Origin: Holosporaceae bacterium UBA7879
Lineage (GTDB): Bacteria; Pseudomonadota; Alphaproteobacteria; UBA7879
Direction of reading: 5' to 3'
NCBI GenBank assembly: GCA_002500565.1
Contig: DLRV01000020.1
Location: forward strand, 1 to 63,836
Length of the DNA: 63,836 bases
In this document: piece by piece, positions 1 through 10,125 of the stretch
Numbering within the stretch: position 1 is the stretch's first letter
Layout of the letters: each line of letters starts with the position of its first letter
The notes under the pieces: model-generated
What the model was told of the DNA's origin: nothing
Databases searched by the model: none
What the model saw: the letters and a program-made list of their open reading frames with translations, nothing else
Position numbers and translations under genes: made by a program

Positions 1-1068
1 TTTGTTCAATTTCATCCAACAGGTATTTATGGTGCTGGATGCTTGATTTCTGAAGGCGCGCGCGGAGAAGGTGGCTATTTGACGAACTCTGAAGGTGAAA
101 GGTTCATGGAAAAATATGCCCCGCAAACCAAAGACCTTGCCTCACGGGATGTAGTCAGCCGAGCCATTACTATTGAGATTCAAGAGGGTCGTGGGGTTGG
201 GCCAAATAAAGATCACGTTAACTTGCATTTGAATCATCTGGATCCAAAATTATTAGCTGAGAGACTGCCCGGGATTTCTGAAACAGCCAAAATGTTTGCA
301 GGTATTGATGTGACTAAGGAGCCGATCCCGGTTTTGCCAACGGTTCATTATAACATGGGTGGTATCCCCACCAACTACCGTGCAGAAGTGTTGCGGCCAA
401 CTGTAGAGGATCCTGATGCAACGGTGGCAGGGCTGATGGCTATCGGTGAAACGGCCTGTGCTTCGGTTCATGGAGCCAACCGTTTGGGAACTAATTCTCT
501 GGTTGATTTGGTGGTATTTGGACGGGCAGCAGCTTTACGGGCGAAAGAAGTGTTAGAGCCAGATAAGCAGCATAAGCCACTTAAACCAGAAATGTATGCT
601 AAAGGTATTAACCGATTAGAAAAATTAATTCAGGGTAAGGGAACGAAAAGCGTAGCTGATGTCCGGGAGTCAATGCAGAAAATTATGCAAAAATATTGCT
701 CTGTGTTTCGAACAGCTGACTCTCTGAAACAAGGGGTTAGTGAGCTGCGGGAAGTGATGTTTGATCTGGATCAGCTCAATTTGCATGATCGCTCATTATT
801 TTGGAATACGGATTTGGTAGAGGCGCTTGAGCTACAGAATTTGGCCCAGCAAGCCATGGCGACAATTGTGAGTGCTTTAAATCGAACTGAAAGCCGCGGA
901 GCACACTCACGAGATGATTATCCGGATCGAGATGATGAAGAATGGTTAAAACACACTCTTTCTTGGTTGCAACCAAATTATGAAATTAAGTGTACTTATC
1001 GACCTGTTCACACACAGACCTTGACGGGTGATGTTGAGTCAATCAAGCCGGTAAAACGGGTGTATTAG
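1..1068 (+). CDS. sdhA: Succinate dehydrogenase flavoprotein subunit, C-terminal part (5' end lies upstream of window)
   Basis: Frame is open from base 1 ([25 protein letters not shown]). SdhA/FrdA motifs [22 protein letters not shown] and [14 protein letters not shown] are present. sdhB follows 9 nt downstream. Confidence 0.95.
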   Translation, partial: FVQFHPTGIYGAGCLISEGARGEGGYLTNSEGERFMEKYAPQTKDLASRDVVSRAITIEIQEGRGVGPNKDHVNLHLNHLDPKLLAERLPGISETAKMFAGIDVTKEPIPVLPTVHYNMGGIPTNYRAEVLRPTVEDPDATVAGLMAIGETACASVHGANRLGTNSLVDLVVFGRAAALRAKEVLEPDKQHKPLKPEMYAKGINRLEKLIQGKGTKSVADVRESMQKIMQKYCSVFRTADSLKQGVSELREVMFDLDQLNLHDRSLFWNTDLVEALELQNLAQQAMATIVSALNRTESRGAHSRDDYPDRDDEEWLKHTLSWLQPNYEIKCTYRPVHTQTLTGDVESIKPVKRVY

Positions 1069-1077
1069 GAGGGCGTA

Positions 1078-1869
1078 ATGGTTGAGCTTACTTTGCCAAA
1101 AAATTCACGCGTGGTCCGTGGTAAAACCTATCCAAAACCCGATGGTGCCAAGCGTGTTAAAGAGGTTTCGATTTATCGCTATGACCCAGAAACGGATCAA
1201 CAGCCCAGGTTAGATACCTTTTATGTTGACCTGGATCAATGTGGACCCATGGTTCTAGATTTGATTATTTTTATAAAAAATCAAATAGATCCGAAATTGA
1301 CTTTCCGCCGGTCTTGCCGGGAGGGTGTGTGTGGGAGTTGTTCGATGAATGTGAATGGTGTAAACACCCTTGCATGTATCAAGCCAATTCATGAGCTTAC
1401 CAATGATATTATTATCTATCCGTTGCCACATATGCCGATTTTAAAAGATTTGGTGCCAGATTTATCCATGATGTATAGGCAATACGCATCGATAGAGCCT
1501 TGGCTTAAGTCTTCCAAGCCTCCAAAAAACTCAGAGCAAATTCAAAGTCCTGAAGAGCGGCAAAAGTTGGATGGTTTATGGGAATGTGTTTTATGTTTTT
1601 GTTGCACAACAAGTTGTCCAAGCTATTGGTGGAATGGCGATCATTATCTTGGCCCAGCTGTTCTTTTGCAAGCGCAACGATGGATAGAAGATTCCCGGGA
1701 TAGCAAAACAGATCAACGTATTGATGAGCTTGATGATAATGACAAAGTATATCGATGCCATACAATTATGAATTGTACCAATGCTTGTCCGAAAAACTTA
1801 AATCCAGGTCAGGCCATTGCAAACATTAAAAAACAGCATGCCAAGCGCTCCATCTCTAAAACCATATAA
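1078..1869 (+). CDS. sdhB: Succinate dehydrogenase iron-sulfur subunit
   Basis: Three Fe-S cysteine clusters: [28 protein letters not shown] and [13 protein letters not shown]. Lies directly after sdhA. Confidence 0.95.
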   Translation: MVELTLPKNSRVVRGKTYPKPDGAKRVKEVSIYRYDPETDQQPRLDTFYVDLDQCGPMVLDLIIFIKNQIDPKLTFRRSCREGVCGSCSMNVNGVNTLACIKPIHELTNDIIIYPLPHMPILKDLVPDLSMMYRQYASIEPWLKSSKPPKNSEQIQSPEERQKLDGLWECVLCFCCTTSCPSYWWNGDHYLGPAVLLQAQRWIEDSRDSKTDQRIDELDDNDKVYRCHTIMNCTNACPKNLNPGQAIANIKKQHAKRSISKTI

Positions 1870-1914
1870 CTTAAGCCGTAGCCTTCATGAATGGTTTAAA
1901 GTATAGTTAAAATT

Positions 1915-2604
1915 ATGAGTTTTGAAGAATATCACATTCTGGTTGTTGATGATGATCAGCGTTTGCGTGATCTGCTGGCGCGTTACTTGTCAGAAAATGG
2001 GTTTCTTGTGACAGCCGTTGCATCGGCAGCAGAAGCTGATGAGCATTTGAAATTCGTTGCCTATGATCTGATGATTTTAGATGTTATGATGCCAGAGGAG
2101 TCGGGCCTTGACTATGCACGGCGATTAATAAAGGCGGGGAGCACATTGCCAATTCTCTTTTTAACCGCTATGAGTGACACAGAGGATCGTATCCGCGGTT
2201 TAGAGATAGGGGTGGATGAATACCTGCCCAAGCCGTTTGAGCCCAAGGAGCTTTTATTGCGTATGCGGGCAATATTGCGGCGACAAAAAATGATTCCAAC
2301 CCACAAAAGTGAGCAAACCTTTTACATTGGTAAATGGGTATTTAGCCCGCAGAAGCAAACACTAAAAGATGCGGAAAAAACGGTGTCTTTGACAGCTTCT
2401 GAAACAGAAATTCTTCGATTTTTGTTGGCAAGGGCTGGAGAAGTGGTGAATCGTGATCAAGTGCTTGAGCGGGTTGGTGGTGCTAGTTCCGCTAGGGCGA
2501 TTGACATTCAAATCACGCGGTTACGGCAAAAAATGGAAGATGATGCACGGCAGCCTAAACATATACAAACCATTCGCAATCAGGGGTATATTTTATGGGT
2601 TTGA
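1915..2604 (+). CDS. ompR: OmpR-family two-component response regulator
   Basis: Receiver domain (ILVVDDD, acceptor context LMILDVMMP, LPKPF) plus a winged-helix output domain (ITRLRQKMEDD...IQTIRNQGYIL). Resembles E. coli OmpR along its length, from memory. Overlaps the kinase gene by 10 nt. Confidence 0.85.
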   Translation: MSFEEYHILVVDDDQRLRDLLARYLSENGFLVTAVASAAEADEHLKFVAYDLMILDVMMPEESGLDYARRLIKAGSTLPILFLTAMSDTEDRIRGLEIGVDEYLPKPFEPKELLLRMRAILRRQKMIPTHKSEQTFYIGKWVFSPQKQTLKDAEKTVSLTASETEILRFLLARAGEVVNRDQVLERVGGASSARAIDIQITRLRQKMEDDARQPKHIQTIRNQGYILWV

Positions 2605-3923
2605 GATGGCCCAAGACTCTCTGGAAGCCTTCCTTAAAATTTCTGAAACCGCATGGCTTGATGAGCCGTTTCTTGCTTATTTTTTTCACACCTCTGGTAT
2701 TGGTGCAACTGGTGGCGGCATTTGTTTTTGTGGATCGTCACTTGGATTCAGTTACTAAGCTTCTTGCGCAAAATATTGTTGGTGCCTCACAAAGCTTGAT
2801 CAATTTGTATGAAAAAAAGCTTTTTACTGAAGAAGAATTAAACCGCATCTCAACCAATCATTATCGTTTTTCATATAAATTTTATCCTGATCGAAGTTTG
2901 ACGCCAGAAAAGAGTGCCTCGGGTTGGATTGCTGGGTACTTGAAGCGTGAATTAGAACGGTCTATTCGTTACAAGTATCAAGTTTTTTCAAAAGATAGTC
3001 AGTTGTTTTTGCTAATCCAGTTACCTGATGGCGTGATGCAGTTGGATTTCCCACGTAAAAGGTTGTTCAGCAATACCGCTGAATTGGTTTTATATTGGGC
3101 GCTTGGCACAACCATACTATCGATAATTATTGCGGGCATTTTCTTACGCAATCAAGTTCGTCCGCTCATAACTCTGGAGAGAAGAACGCGCCAATTTGGT
3201 CGGGGTGAGTCAATTGAGGACGTTCCTGTACATGGTGCAAAAGAAATACGAAATTTGATTGAATCATTCAATATTATGAAGAGTCGGATTAAACGGCAGG
3301 TTATGCAACGAACTCAGGTTTTAGCTGGTATTTCCCATGATTTGCGGACACCATTAACACGTTTGAAACTTGAGCTGTCAATGGCGCCGGATAATGAAAT
3401 GACAAGATCTTTAAGTCATGATGTTGATGAAATGCAGTCAATGGTTGGGGCCTATCTTGATTTTGCTAAGGGCGATCATCGAGAGAATTTTGAAGAGATC
3501 CATTTGCGGGCTTTTATGGCGCGTTTAATTGAAAAATTTAAAGGTGTTGATATTGATTTTAAATATTCAGATGTTTTGCCAGACATTGTCTTTAATGGAC
3601 GGCCAGATAGCCTGAGCAGAGCATTTGAAAATTTGTTCAACAATGCCTCACGTCACGCGCAAACTGTTTCGATTTATCATGAGGAAAGCCGAGATCATGT
3701 CCATATTATTTTGGATGATGATGGTAAGGGGATTCCAAAAGATAAACGCCAAGAGGTTTTCCAAGCTTTTTATCGTTTAGATGCTTCACGCAATGCTGAA
3801 ACGGGTGGTGTAGGTCTTGGTTTAAGTATTGTTCAAGACATTATTCACTCGCATGGTGGGCGAATTGATTTAGATGAGGCGCCTGGTGGGGGGTTGAGAA
3901 TTAATATTAAATTACCAAAGTAA
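2595..3923 (+). CDS. envZ: EnvZ-like sensor histidine kinase
   Basis: Two N-terminal hydrophobic segments, H-box ISHDLRTPLTRL, N-box NLFNNASRHA, and G-boxes DDDGKGIP and GGVGLGLSIV. Coupled to the upstream regulator. Confidence 0.8.
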   Translation: MGLRWPKTLWKPSLKFLKPHGLMSRFLLIFFTPLVLVQLVAAFVFVDRHLDSVTKLLAQNIVGASQSLINLYEKKLFTEEELNRISTNHYRFSYKFYPDRSLTPEKSASGWIAGYLKRELERSIRYKYQVFSKDSQLFLLIQLPDGVMQLDFPRKRLFSNTAELVLYWALGTTILSIIIAGIFLRNQVRPLITLERRTRQFGRGESIEDVPVHGAKEIRNLIESFNIMKSRIKRQVMQRTQVLAGISHDLRTPLTRLKLELSMAPDNEMTRSLSHDVDEMQSMVGAYLDFAKGDHRENFEEIHLRAFMARLIEKFKGVDIDFKYSDVLPDIVFNGRPDSLSRAFENLFNNASRHAQTVSIYHEESRDHVHIILDDDGKGIPKDKRQEVFQAFYRLDASRNAETGGVGLGLSIVQDIIHSHGGRIDLDEAPGGGLRINIKLPK

Positions 3924-3984
3924 TCCATAAATATTCAAAAAATAGCATTTCTCTTTAGGGCTAAAACAATTATAGTTAATAGCT

Positions 3985-4701
3985 ATGATGAACAAAAAAG
4001 CTGCTTTGGCCCCCAATTTAAATAACTTGATCGAAATGGAAAAATTGACCTTGTCATTTGGCCAAAGTCACCCTTTGTTTGACGAGATGAATTTAACAAT
4101 CAAAGAAGGTAGCTTTCAATTTTTGATGGGGCCTAGTGGAGCTGGGAAATCAACACTATTGAAAATGCTGTATTTAGATCAGCTGCCAGACAAAGGAACA
4201 CTGCGTGCCTTTGGGCTGAATATACGTGATTTGTCAATGGACCAACGAGCGCTTCTTCGGCGAAAAATTGGTGTTGTATTTCAAGATTTTCGGCTTATTG
4301 ATAATTTAACAGCCCTTGAAAATGTCTCTTTGCCTCTAAAAGTTCAGGGTGTACACAACAAACAGCGTCAAGAGGAGGCTATGGAGCTTCTTGAGTGGGT
4401 TGGCTTAAAAGACAAGTTTAATGCCTATCCACCAGAAATGTCAGGTGGTCAACAGCAACGTGTTGCCATTGCGCGGGCTGTTATTGTGCGTCCTAAGCTT
4501 TTGCTAGCAGATGAGCCAACGGGAAATGTAGATGATGATGTGGCGATGCGATTGATCTATCTTTTTGAACAGCTTCATAAGTCTGGTGCAACAATTGTGG
4601 TTGCCACACACAATCATGCGCTTTCAGCAGCTTTTCCATATGATGAGATGATGATTCAAGATGGCAAAGTGAAAGTTTTGAAAAAAAGCGAGGAGAATTA
4701 A
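3985..4701 (+). CDS. ftsE: Cell-division ABC transporter ATP-binding protein FtsE
   Basis: Walker A GPSGAGKSTLL, signature MSGGQQQRVAIARA, Walker B LLLADEPTG. Followed by ftsX. An alternative start at 4036 (MEKLTL) is possible. Confidence 0.85.
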   Translation: MMNKKAALAPNLNNLIEMEKLTLSFGQSHPLFDEMNLTIKEGSFQFLMGPSGAGKSTLLKMLYLDQLPDKGTLRAFGLNIRDLSMDQRALLRRKIGVVFQDFRLIDNLTALENVSLPLKVQGVHNKQRQEEAMELLEWVGLKDKFNAYPPEMSGGQQQRVAIARAVIVRPKLLLADEPTGNVDDDVAMRLIYLFEQLHKSGATIVVATHNHALSAAFPYDEMMIQDGKVKVLKKSEEN

Positions 4702-4703
4702 TA

Positions 4704-5606
4704 TTGGCACATGCAAGCTTAGATCTTCCTCTTTGGCAAGACCCAGCATCTAGGTCTGCCCCTTGGCTTATTTCACTATTGATTTATGTTGCAACGATTG
4801 TTTTTTTGATTGCTTTAACAATACATTCACTCATTGACCGATGGGATCGTGATACGTCGCATAAATTAACTATCGAAATTCCGCCAATGACGCAATCCTT
4901 TGATCACCTGGCAGCGCCTTTTACAGAGGATATGGCAGCAAAAGTATCTCAAAAGCTGCGTGATTTTCCTGGAATTAAAAGCTTTCGCACAGCTAACCAG
5001 GCTGAAATTATTAAAACATTGGAACCTTGGTTTGGAGACGCAGAGCAAATCAAAGATCTGCCATTGTCTAAGTTGATTTATGTGCAGCTTGAGCCTGGCC
5101 GCTCTTTTGATGTCATTCAGTTGCAAAAGCAATTAAATCATATTTACCCTGCCATAAATGTCGAAGATCACTTTAATTGGAAAACAGGAATTTTCAACAT
5201 GGCTTATGCTGTTCAAATCATTAGCTTTTTAATTGTTGTTCTGATTTTTGTTGCCGTTATTGCCATGATTTCCTATATGACTCGAACAAGTTTGATTATC
5301 CACCGTCATATCATTGATATTTTACATTTGATTGGCGCCAAAAACCAATACATAGCCTGGCAGTATCAAAGCCATTCTTTTAAGTTAGCGCTCCGTGGTA
5401 CTTTCCTTGGGGTCATTCTTGTTGCAATTACTTTGTTGGTTTTTGATAATATTATGAATCAATTTGATTTTCCCTTGATAACAAAAGCTCTTTCTTCCTG
5501 GGACATTTGGGCAATTACGTTAATTATACCGGCTCTTGTTGTCGTCTTGATGGCGTATTCAGCCAAAGTAACTGCTCTTAAAATGTTGCGTCGATACAAT
5601 TTTTAA
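4704..5606 (+). CDS. ftsX: Cell-division permease-like protein FtsX
   Basis: TTG start 8 nt after an AGGAG. One N-terminal TM, a large extracytoplasmic loop, then three C-terminal TM helices (FtsX topology). Lies immediately after ftsE. Confidence 0.8.
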   Translation: MAHASLDLPLWQDPASRSAPWLISLLIYVATIVFLIALTIHSLIDRWDRDTSHKLTIEIPPMTQSFDHLAAPFTEDMAAKVSQKLRDFPGIKSFRTANQAEIIKTLEPWFGDAEQIKDLPLSKLIYVQLEPGRSFDVIQLQKQLNHIYPAINVEDHFNWKTGIFNMAYAVQIISFLIVVLIFVAVIAMISYMTRTSLIIHRHIIDILHLIGAKNQYIAWQYQSHSFKLALRGTFLGVILVAITLLVFDNIMNQFDFPLITKALSSWDIWAITLIIPALVVVLMAYSAKVTALKMLRRYNF

Positions 5607-6326
5607 ATGCAATTTATTCGATCATTATTTCAAAGCATTTTGTTTTATGGTGTCGTTACTTTTCTTGGTATTATTTGTTTACCGGGCGCTTATTTGAGTG
5701 CATCTTTTGCCCGTAAAGTACTGAGTGTTCTTGGCCACTTCATGTTTTGGTCATTGCGGATATTTGTTGGTTTGAAGTGGCAATTGAGTGGAATGAAAAA
5801 CATGCCTAAAAACCCAGCCCTTTATGTTGCTCAGCATCAATCAATGTGGGAAACAGTTGCGCTTTTTATGATTGTTCCAAATAGTGTTTTTGTTTTAAAG
5901 CAAAGCCTCCTTGATATGCCTTTAGTAGGTGTTTATTTTCGACGATGTGGGTTTATTGGTATTGATCGCCAAAACAAGTCTATTTTGCGTGGGTTGATTA
6001 AAAAATGCCGTTCAGCTCTGGAAGGAGACCATAACATTATAATTTTTCCGGAGGGGCGGCGTGTTGAGTATGGCGATCAAGCCCACATAAATCTAAGCTT
6101 TATAAAAATTGCTTCTGAGGTAAATGTGCCGATTGTGCCTGTGACGCATAATTCTGGAAAATTCTGGCCAAGAAAATCAATGATGAAGAAGCAGGGGGTA
6201 GTTGAGCTTAATGTTCATAAAGTTATCAATAGCACAGAGCCAGTTTTAGAAATAAAAGAAACGATTGAACGCTTGTTTTATGACACTTTAGGTCTGCAAG
6301 AATGTACAAAAAAAGGTCAAACTTGA
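5607..6326 (+). CDS. plsC: 1-acyl-sn-glycerol-3-phosphate acyltransferase
   Basis: Acyltransferase blocks HQSMWE (HX4D/E type) and IIFPEGRR, with an N-terminal membrane anchor. Confidence 0.8.
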   Translation: MQFIRSLFQSILFYGVVTFLGIICLPGAYLSASFARKVLSVLGHFMFWSLRIFVGLKWQLSGMKNMPKNPALYVAQHQSMWETVALFMIVPNSVFVLKQSLLDMPLVGVYFRRCGFIGIDRQNKSILRGLIKKCRSALEGDHNIIIFPEGRRVEYGDQAHINLSFIKIASEVNVPIVPVTHNSGKFWPRKSMMKKQGVVELNVHKVINSTEPVLEIKETIERLFYDTLGLQECTKKGQT

Positions 6327-6380
6327 CGGCCTTCGGCATGTCAAGTATACAGGATGTAACGTTTACAAACGAGGAATTAC

Positions 6381-6911
6381 GTGGCTCCTAAAAATACAAA
6401 AAATGATGCAGTTGCACCAAAAAAGAATCAAAAAAACATTGAGATTAATGCTTCATCAGTGCGTGAGCTTGCTGAAATTTTAAGAGATACTGAACTAACT
6501 GAAATTGAATATGAAACTGAGTTCGGTCGCATTCGTGTAGCAAAGGAATTAACAGTTGCGCCAATGCAGATGTCTCAGCCTGTTGCAAATGCTGCGCCAG
6601 CTCCTAGTGCAAGCGCCCCCCTTGCTCAACAACAAGAAGTTGCATCTTCTGGTGCACCAGACTGGTCAACACACCCTGGTCTTATTAAAGCACCTATGGT
6701 AGGAACGTCTTATCTTGCGCCACAGCCAGGTGCCTCTAAGTTTGTTGAAGAAGGTGCCTCAGTTGCTGAAGGAGATACGTTGATGATCATTGAAGCAATG
6801 AAAGTGATGAATCCAATCAAAGCACCAAAAAGTGGGGTTGTTAAAGCAGTGATCATTGGTGATGCAGAGCCAGTTGAATTTGGCCAGCCATTGATTGTAA
6901 TTGAGTCTTAA
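6381..6911 (+). CDS. accB: Acetyl-CoA carboxylase biotin carboxyl carrier protein
   Basis: GTG start, Ala/Pro-rich linker, biotinyl-lysine motif IEAMKVMN. Followed by accC. Confidence 0.93.
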   Translation: MAPKNTKNDAVAPKKNQKNIEINASSVRELAEILRDTELTEIEYETEFGRIRVAKELTVAPMQMSQPVANAAPAPSASAPLAQQQEVASSGAPDWSTHPGLIKAPMVGTSYLAPQPGASKFVEEGASVAEGDTLMIIEAMKVMNPIKAPKSGVVKAVIIGDAEPVEFGQPLIVIES

Positions 6912-6926
6912 CCTTAGGGCCTGAAA

Positions 6927-8267
6927 ATGTTTAAAAAAATTCTAATCGCTAATCGTGGTGAAATTGCTTTGCGTATTTATCGCGCCTGTCGTGAAATGAA
7001 CATACGCACTGTTGCTATACATTCAACGGCTGATGAAGATGCGATGCATGCACGCTTAGCGGATGAGTGTATTTGTATTGGTCCAGCAGCATCAAAAGAT
7101 AGCTACTTGAATAAAGCAGCCTTGTTAGCGGCTGTTGAAATTAGTGGCGCTGAAGCTGTGCACCCAGGTGTTGGGTTTTTATCTGAGAATGCTGACTTTG
7201 CTGAAATGGTTGAAGAGCATGGACAGGTATTTATTGGTCCTAAACCTGAGCATATTCGCCTTATGGGCGATAAAGTAACCGCCAAAGAAGCGATGATCAA
7301 GCTTGGTATTCCGGTTGTTCCCGGATCTGATGGGGTTGTTAACTCTTTATCAGAAGCACGTGAGATTGCGTCTAATATGGGGTATCCTGTCCTAGTCAAA
7401 GCAGCAGCTGGTGGCGGGGGGCGTGGCATGAAAGTAGCGCACAGTGAGAGCGAGCTTGAGGAAGCCTTTAATTTTGCCCGCTCAGAAGCGTTGGCTGGTT
7501 TTGGCGATGATTCAGTTTTTATTGAGAAATACCTTGAAAAGCCAAGGCATATTGAATTTCAGATCTTAGCAGATAAGCATGGCAACGCTGTTCATCTAGG
7601 AGAGCGTGATTGTTCGGTGCAGCGCCGCCACCAGAAAGTATGGGAAGAAGCGCCATCACCGGTTGTGACGCCAGAAATGCGGGCTGAAATGGGAGATAAG
7701 GTTGTTCAAGCCGTTAAAAACATGGGATATGTTGGCGCTGGAACCTTTGAATTTTTGTTTGAAAACGGTCAGTTTTATTTCATTGAGATGAATACCCGGA
7801 TTCAAGTTGAGCATCCAATATCCGAGATGATTACTGGTATTGACCTTGTGCAAGAACAAATCAAAGTTGCTTATGGGGAAAAGCTTTCTTTCACTCAAGA
7901 TGATATAAAGTTTTCGGGGCATGCGATTGAATGCCGTGTGAACGCTGAACACCCAGAGACTTTTATGCCATCACCGGGACTGGTTACTGATTACCATCCG
8001 CCAGGTGGATTGCACGTGCGTGTTGATAGTCCTATTTATACTGGTTATAAAATTCCACCCCATTATGATAGTTTAGTAGCAAAGCTTATCGTTTATGGAA
8101 AGGACCGACCTGAGTGTATTCGAAGACTCCACCGTGCTATTGAAGAGTTTGTTATTGGTGGTATTGAAACATTATTGCCATTACATAAGAAGCTCTCAGA
8201 GGATGAAGACATGCAAGCTGGTGATTATGATATCCATTGGCTTGAGCGAGAGTTTCTTAAAAAATAA
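6927..8267 (+). CDS. accC: Acetyl-CoA carboxylase biotin carboxylase subunit
   Basis: KILIANRGEIALRI, ATP-grasp glycine loop AAGGGGRGM, EMNTRIQVEHP. Typical length of 446 aa. Confidence 0.95.
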   Translation: MFKKILIANRGEIALRIYRACREMNIRTVAIHSTADEDAMHARLADECICIGPAASKDSYLNKAALLAAVEISGAEAVHPGVGFLSENADFAEMVEEHGQVFIGPKPEHIRLMGDKVTAKEAMIKLGIPVVPGSDGVVNSLSEAREIASNMGYPVLVKAAAGGGGRGMKVAHSESELEEAFNFARSEALAGFGDDSVFIEKYLEKPRHIEFQILADKHGNAVHLGERDCSVQRRHQKVWEEAPSPVVTPEMRAEMGDKVVQAVKNMGYVGAGTFEFLFENGQFYFIEMNTRIQVEHPISEMITGIDLVQEQIKVAYGEKLSFTQDDIKFSGHAIECRVNAEHPETFMPSPGLVTDYHPPGGLHVRVDSPIYTGYKIPPHYDSLVAKLIVYGKDRPECIRRLHRAIEEFVIGGIETLLPLHKKLSEDEDMQAGDYDIHWLEREFLKK

Positions 8268-8657
8268 CTAAATATCAATACCTTTCAAAACCAACTGAAT
8301 TACTTTAAGGCTGGCGTTATTGAAGGGGAAGTGTAGCTGTAGCGAGTCAAACAGTTCAGATCTCGTTTCTTGTTTTGTGTTGATAATGAACTCTTTTATC
8401 CAGGCTAAAATCAGCGGGTTATTACTTATTTCATCTAAAATATGTTCAAGCTTTACCTTGCTGTCTGATAGCTTTAATTGAGCAAGTGTTTCTGAGAGGG
8501 TGCTGCTTAGGTTGTTATGCAGTGTATCTTCTGTGAGATAGAGGATTAACAGAAAACGTTGAATTGGTGAATAATCATGCGGAATCATCGTATCATCTGA
8601 TACGATGGTGCCATATTTTTCAGCTAACAGTTGGTGCGCACGCGATGGGTTCGTCAT
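8268..8657 (-). CDS. Hypothetical small protein (129 aa), paralog of the next gene
   Basis: ATG-initiated ORF in an AT-rich island. Shares AxxHQxL near the N-terminus and NPL(I/L)L(A/K)W(I/F) in the C-terminal half with the 8709-9119 product. I recognise no domain. Confidence 0.6.
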   Translation of the reverse strand: MTNPSRAHQLLAEKYGTIVSDDTMIPHDYSPIQRFLLILYLTEDTLHNNLSSTLSETLAQLKLSDSKVKLEHILDEISNNPLILAWIKEFIINTKQETRSELFDSLQLHFPFNNASLKVIQLVLKGIDI

Positions 8658-8708
8658 TATAATTTCTTAATATACCATTAATACCAAGGTCTTTATATTG
8701 GTATTAAT

Positions 8709-9119
8709 TTATTTATTCAACCTTTGTTCTGCTTTATTTAGATATTTATTTAATGAAAAAAGTGAGATGAAAGATAGAATGCTCTTATCAACTGAGTCTT
8801 TTTTTTCTAGAGCTTTTACTAAACTGCCAAGCTCAGCAGAAGATCTTTCATTATAAAAAGCATTGAACCACTTTAGAAGTAAGGGGTTTTCTAAAAGGCA
8901 ATTAACAACATCGTCTGACGAAATACCATCAAAAACTTGTGCCATTTTATGATTAATTATATCGTTTAAAGGACTGGAATTAACGAGGCTAATAAATGTA
9001 AGAAGTGCATTTTCTGTTTTTGTATAAGAAAAGGGTTTGATCTCATCAATTTGTACAAAATCAGGAAATCTATCATGTAAAATTTGGTGGCCGTTGGCTG
9101 CGAGTGTACTAAGGTTCAT
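8709..9119 (-). CDS. Hypothetical small protein (about 136 aa), paralog of the previous gene
   Basis: The ORF track gives 8709..9128 with a TTG start. The first ATG is at 9119 (MNLSTL). Similar to the 8268-8657 product. Transcribed divergently from a LysR-type regulator. Confidence 0.6.
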   Translation of the reverse strand: MNLSTLAANGHQILHDRFPDFVQIDEIKPFSYTKTENALLTFISLVNSSPLNDIINHKMAQVFDGISSDDVVNCLLENPLLLKWFNAFYNERSSAELGSLVKALEKKDSVDKSILSFISLFSLNKYLNKAEQRLNK

Positions 9120-9249
9120 AATCTTCAATTGTTTAAGTTAATGACCATTTAGATACTTGTTATTGCTTTTCAAGGTTTCTTGCAAAAAAAATTAAAAAAA
9201 TCACCTCGAAAAATTCTGTATGTGGACCGCATAATAGGGAGTTTGCTAG

Positions 9250-10125
9250 ATGAATGATAGGCTTTTTTTGTTTTTTAACGATTGTTTAGAATTAAAAAAA
9301 ATTTCACTTATTTCAAAAAAGTATAAGTTGAAAGAGCACGCAATTCGCCGCCGCTTATCTGGTCTTGAAAGTGAGGTTGGCGAAAAGCTCTATACGATTA
9401 GGGAGCAGGAAATAAATTTAACAGAAAGTGGAAAAAAAATATTAAAACTGTTAAAAAATTCAGAGGATTTCAAGAATGCGCTTATTTTAAAAAAGGCTCT
9501 AGAAAGAAAAAAAACAGTTAATGTGCTTATATGCTCTGAGCTTGAGGACTATGCTTTGCCAACCTTTTTATCTTTCCTAGAGAATGGTGGTGCTATTGGA
9601 AAATTTTCTTATTATGTGTCTGATGCGTTAGGTGTAAGTTTGTTTTCTGATGTGATGCCGGACTTTTGCTTGTTTAGCGACAGTGATCTTTTCAAACACG
9701 TTTTTCAAAATCATAAAAAAATCATTCAAGAGAAAGTGAGCTTCTATGCATTAAGTGCCTATGTGAAGAAAAATGGAAACCCTAGCTCTTTAAGTGATTT
9801 AAAAAACCATACAGTTATTTTTACAAGCCAGCAAAAAAACAACATGAATGAGTCCTGCAAAAATTATTTGGAAGCTTTTGGAAAAATAATTGAGGTAACG
9901 GATGCTTTGAGCGTTAAGAGCTTAGTTGAAAAAGGGATTGCAATAGGTGCTTTGTCTGAGACTCTCTCTATACAGGCTAAAGGGCCGCTTATCCAAGTAT
10001 TGAAAGATCTGACCTTTACTTTAGATTTTTATTTCGGGTGTCATCCAAATTGGATTGAAGAAAAGCAGTTTAATAGCTTATTTTCTAATATGCGCGATGC
10101 TTTGAAAAGCAGGAGGGTGAGATGA
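9250..10125 (+). CDS. LysR-type transcriptional regulator (divergent sequence)
   Basis: N-terminal HTH pattern (ISLISKKYKLKEHAIRRRLSGLESEVGEKLYTIREQEINLTESGKKIL) and a substrate-binding-type C-terminal region of about 200 aa. Divergent from the small-protein pair. Confidence 0.7.
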   Translation: MNDRLFLFFNDCLELKKISLISKKYKLKEHAIRRRLSGLESEVGEKLYTIREQEINLTESGKKILKLLKNSEDFKNALILKKALERKKTVNVLICSELEDYALPTFLSFLENGGAIGKFSYYVSDALGVSLFSDVMPDFCLFSDSDLFKHVFQNHKKIIQEKVSFYALSAYVKKNGNPSSLSDLKNHTVIFTSQQKNNMNESCKNYLEAFGKIIEVTDALSVKSLVEKGIAIGALSETLSIQAKGPLIQVLKDLTFTLDFYFGCHPNWIEEKQFNSLFSNMRDALKSRRVR

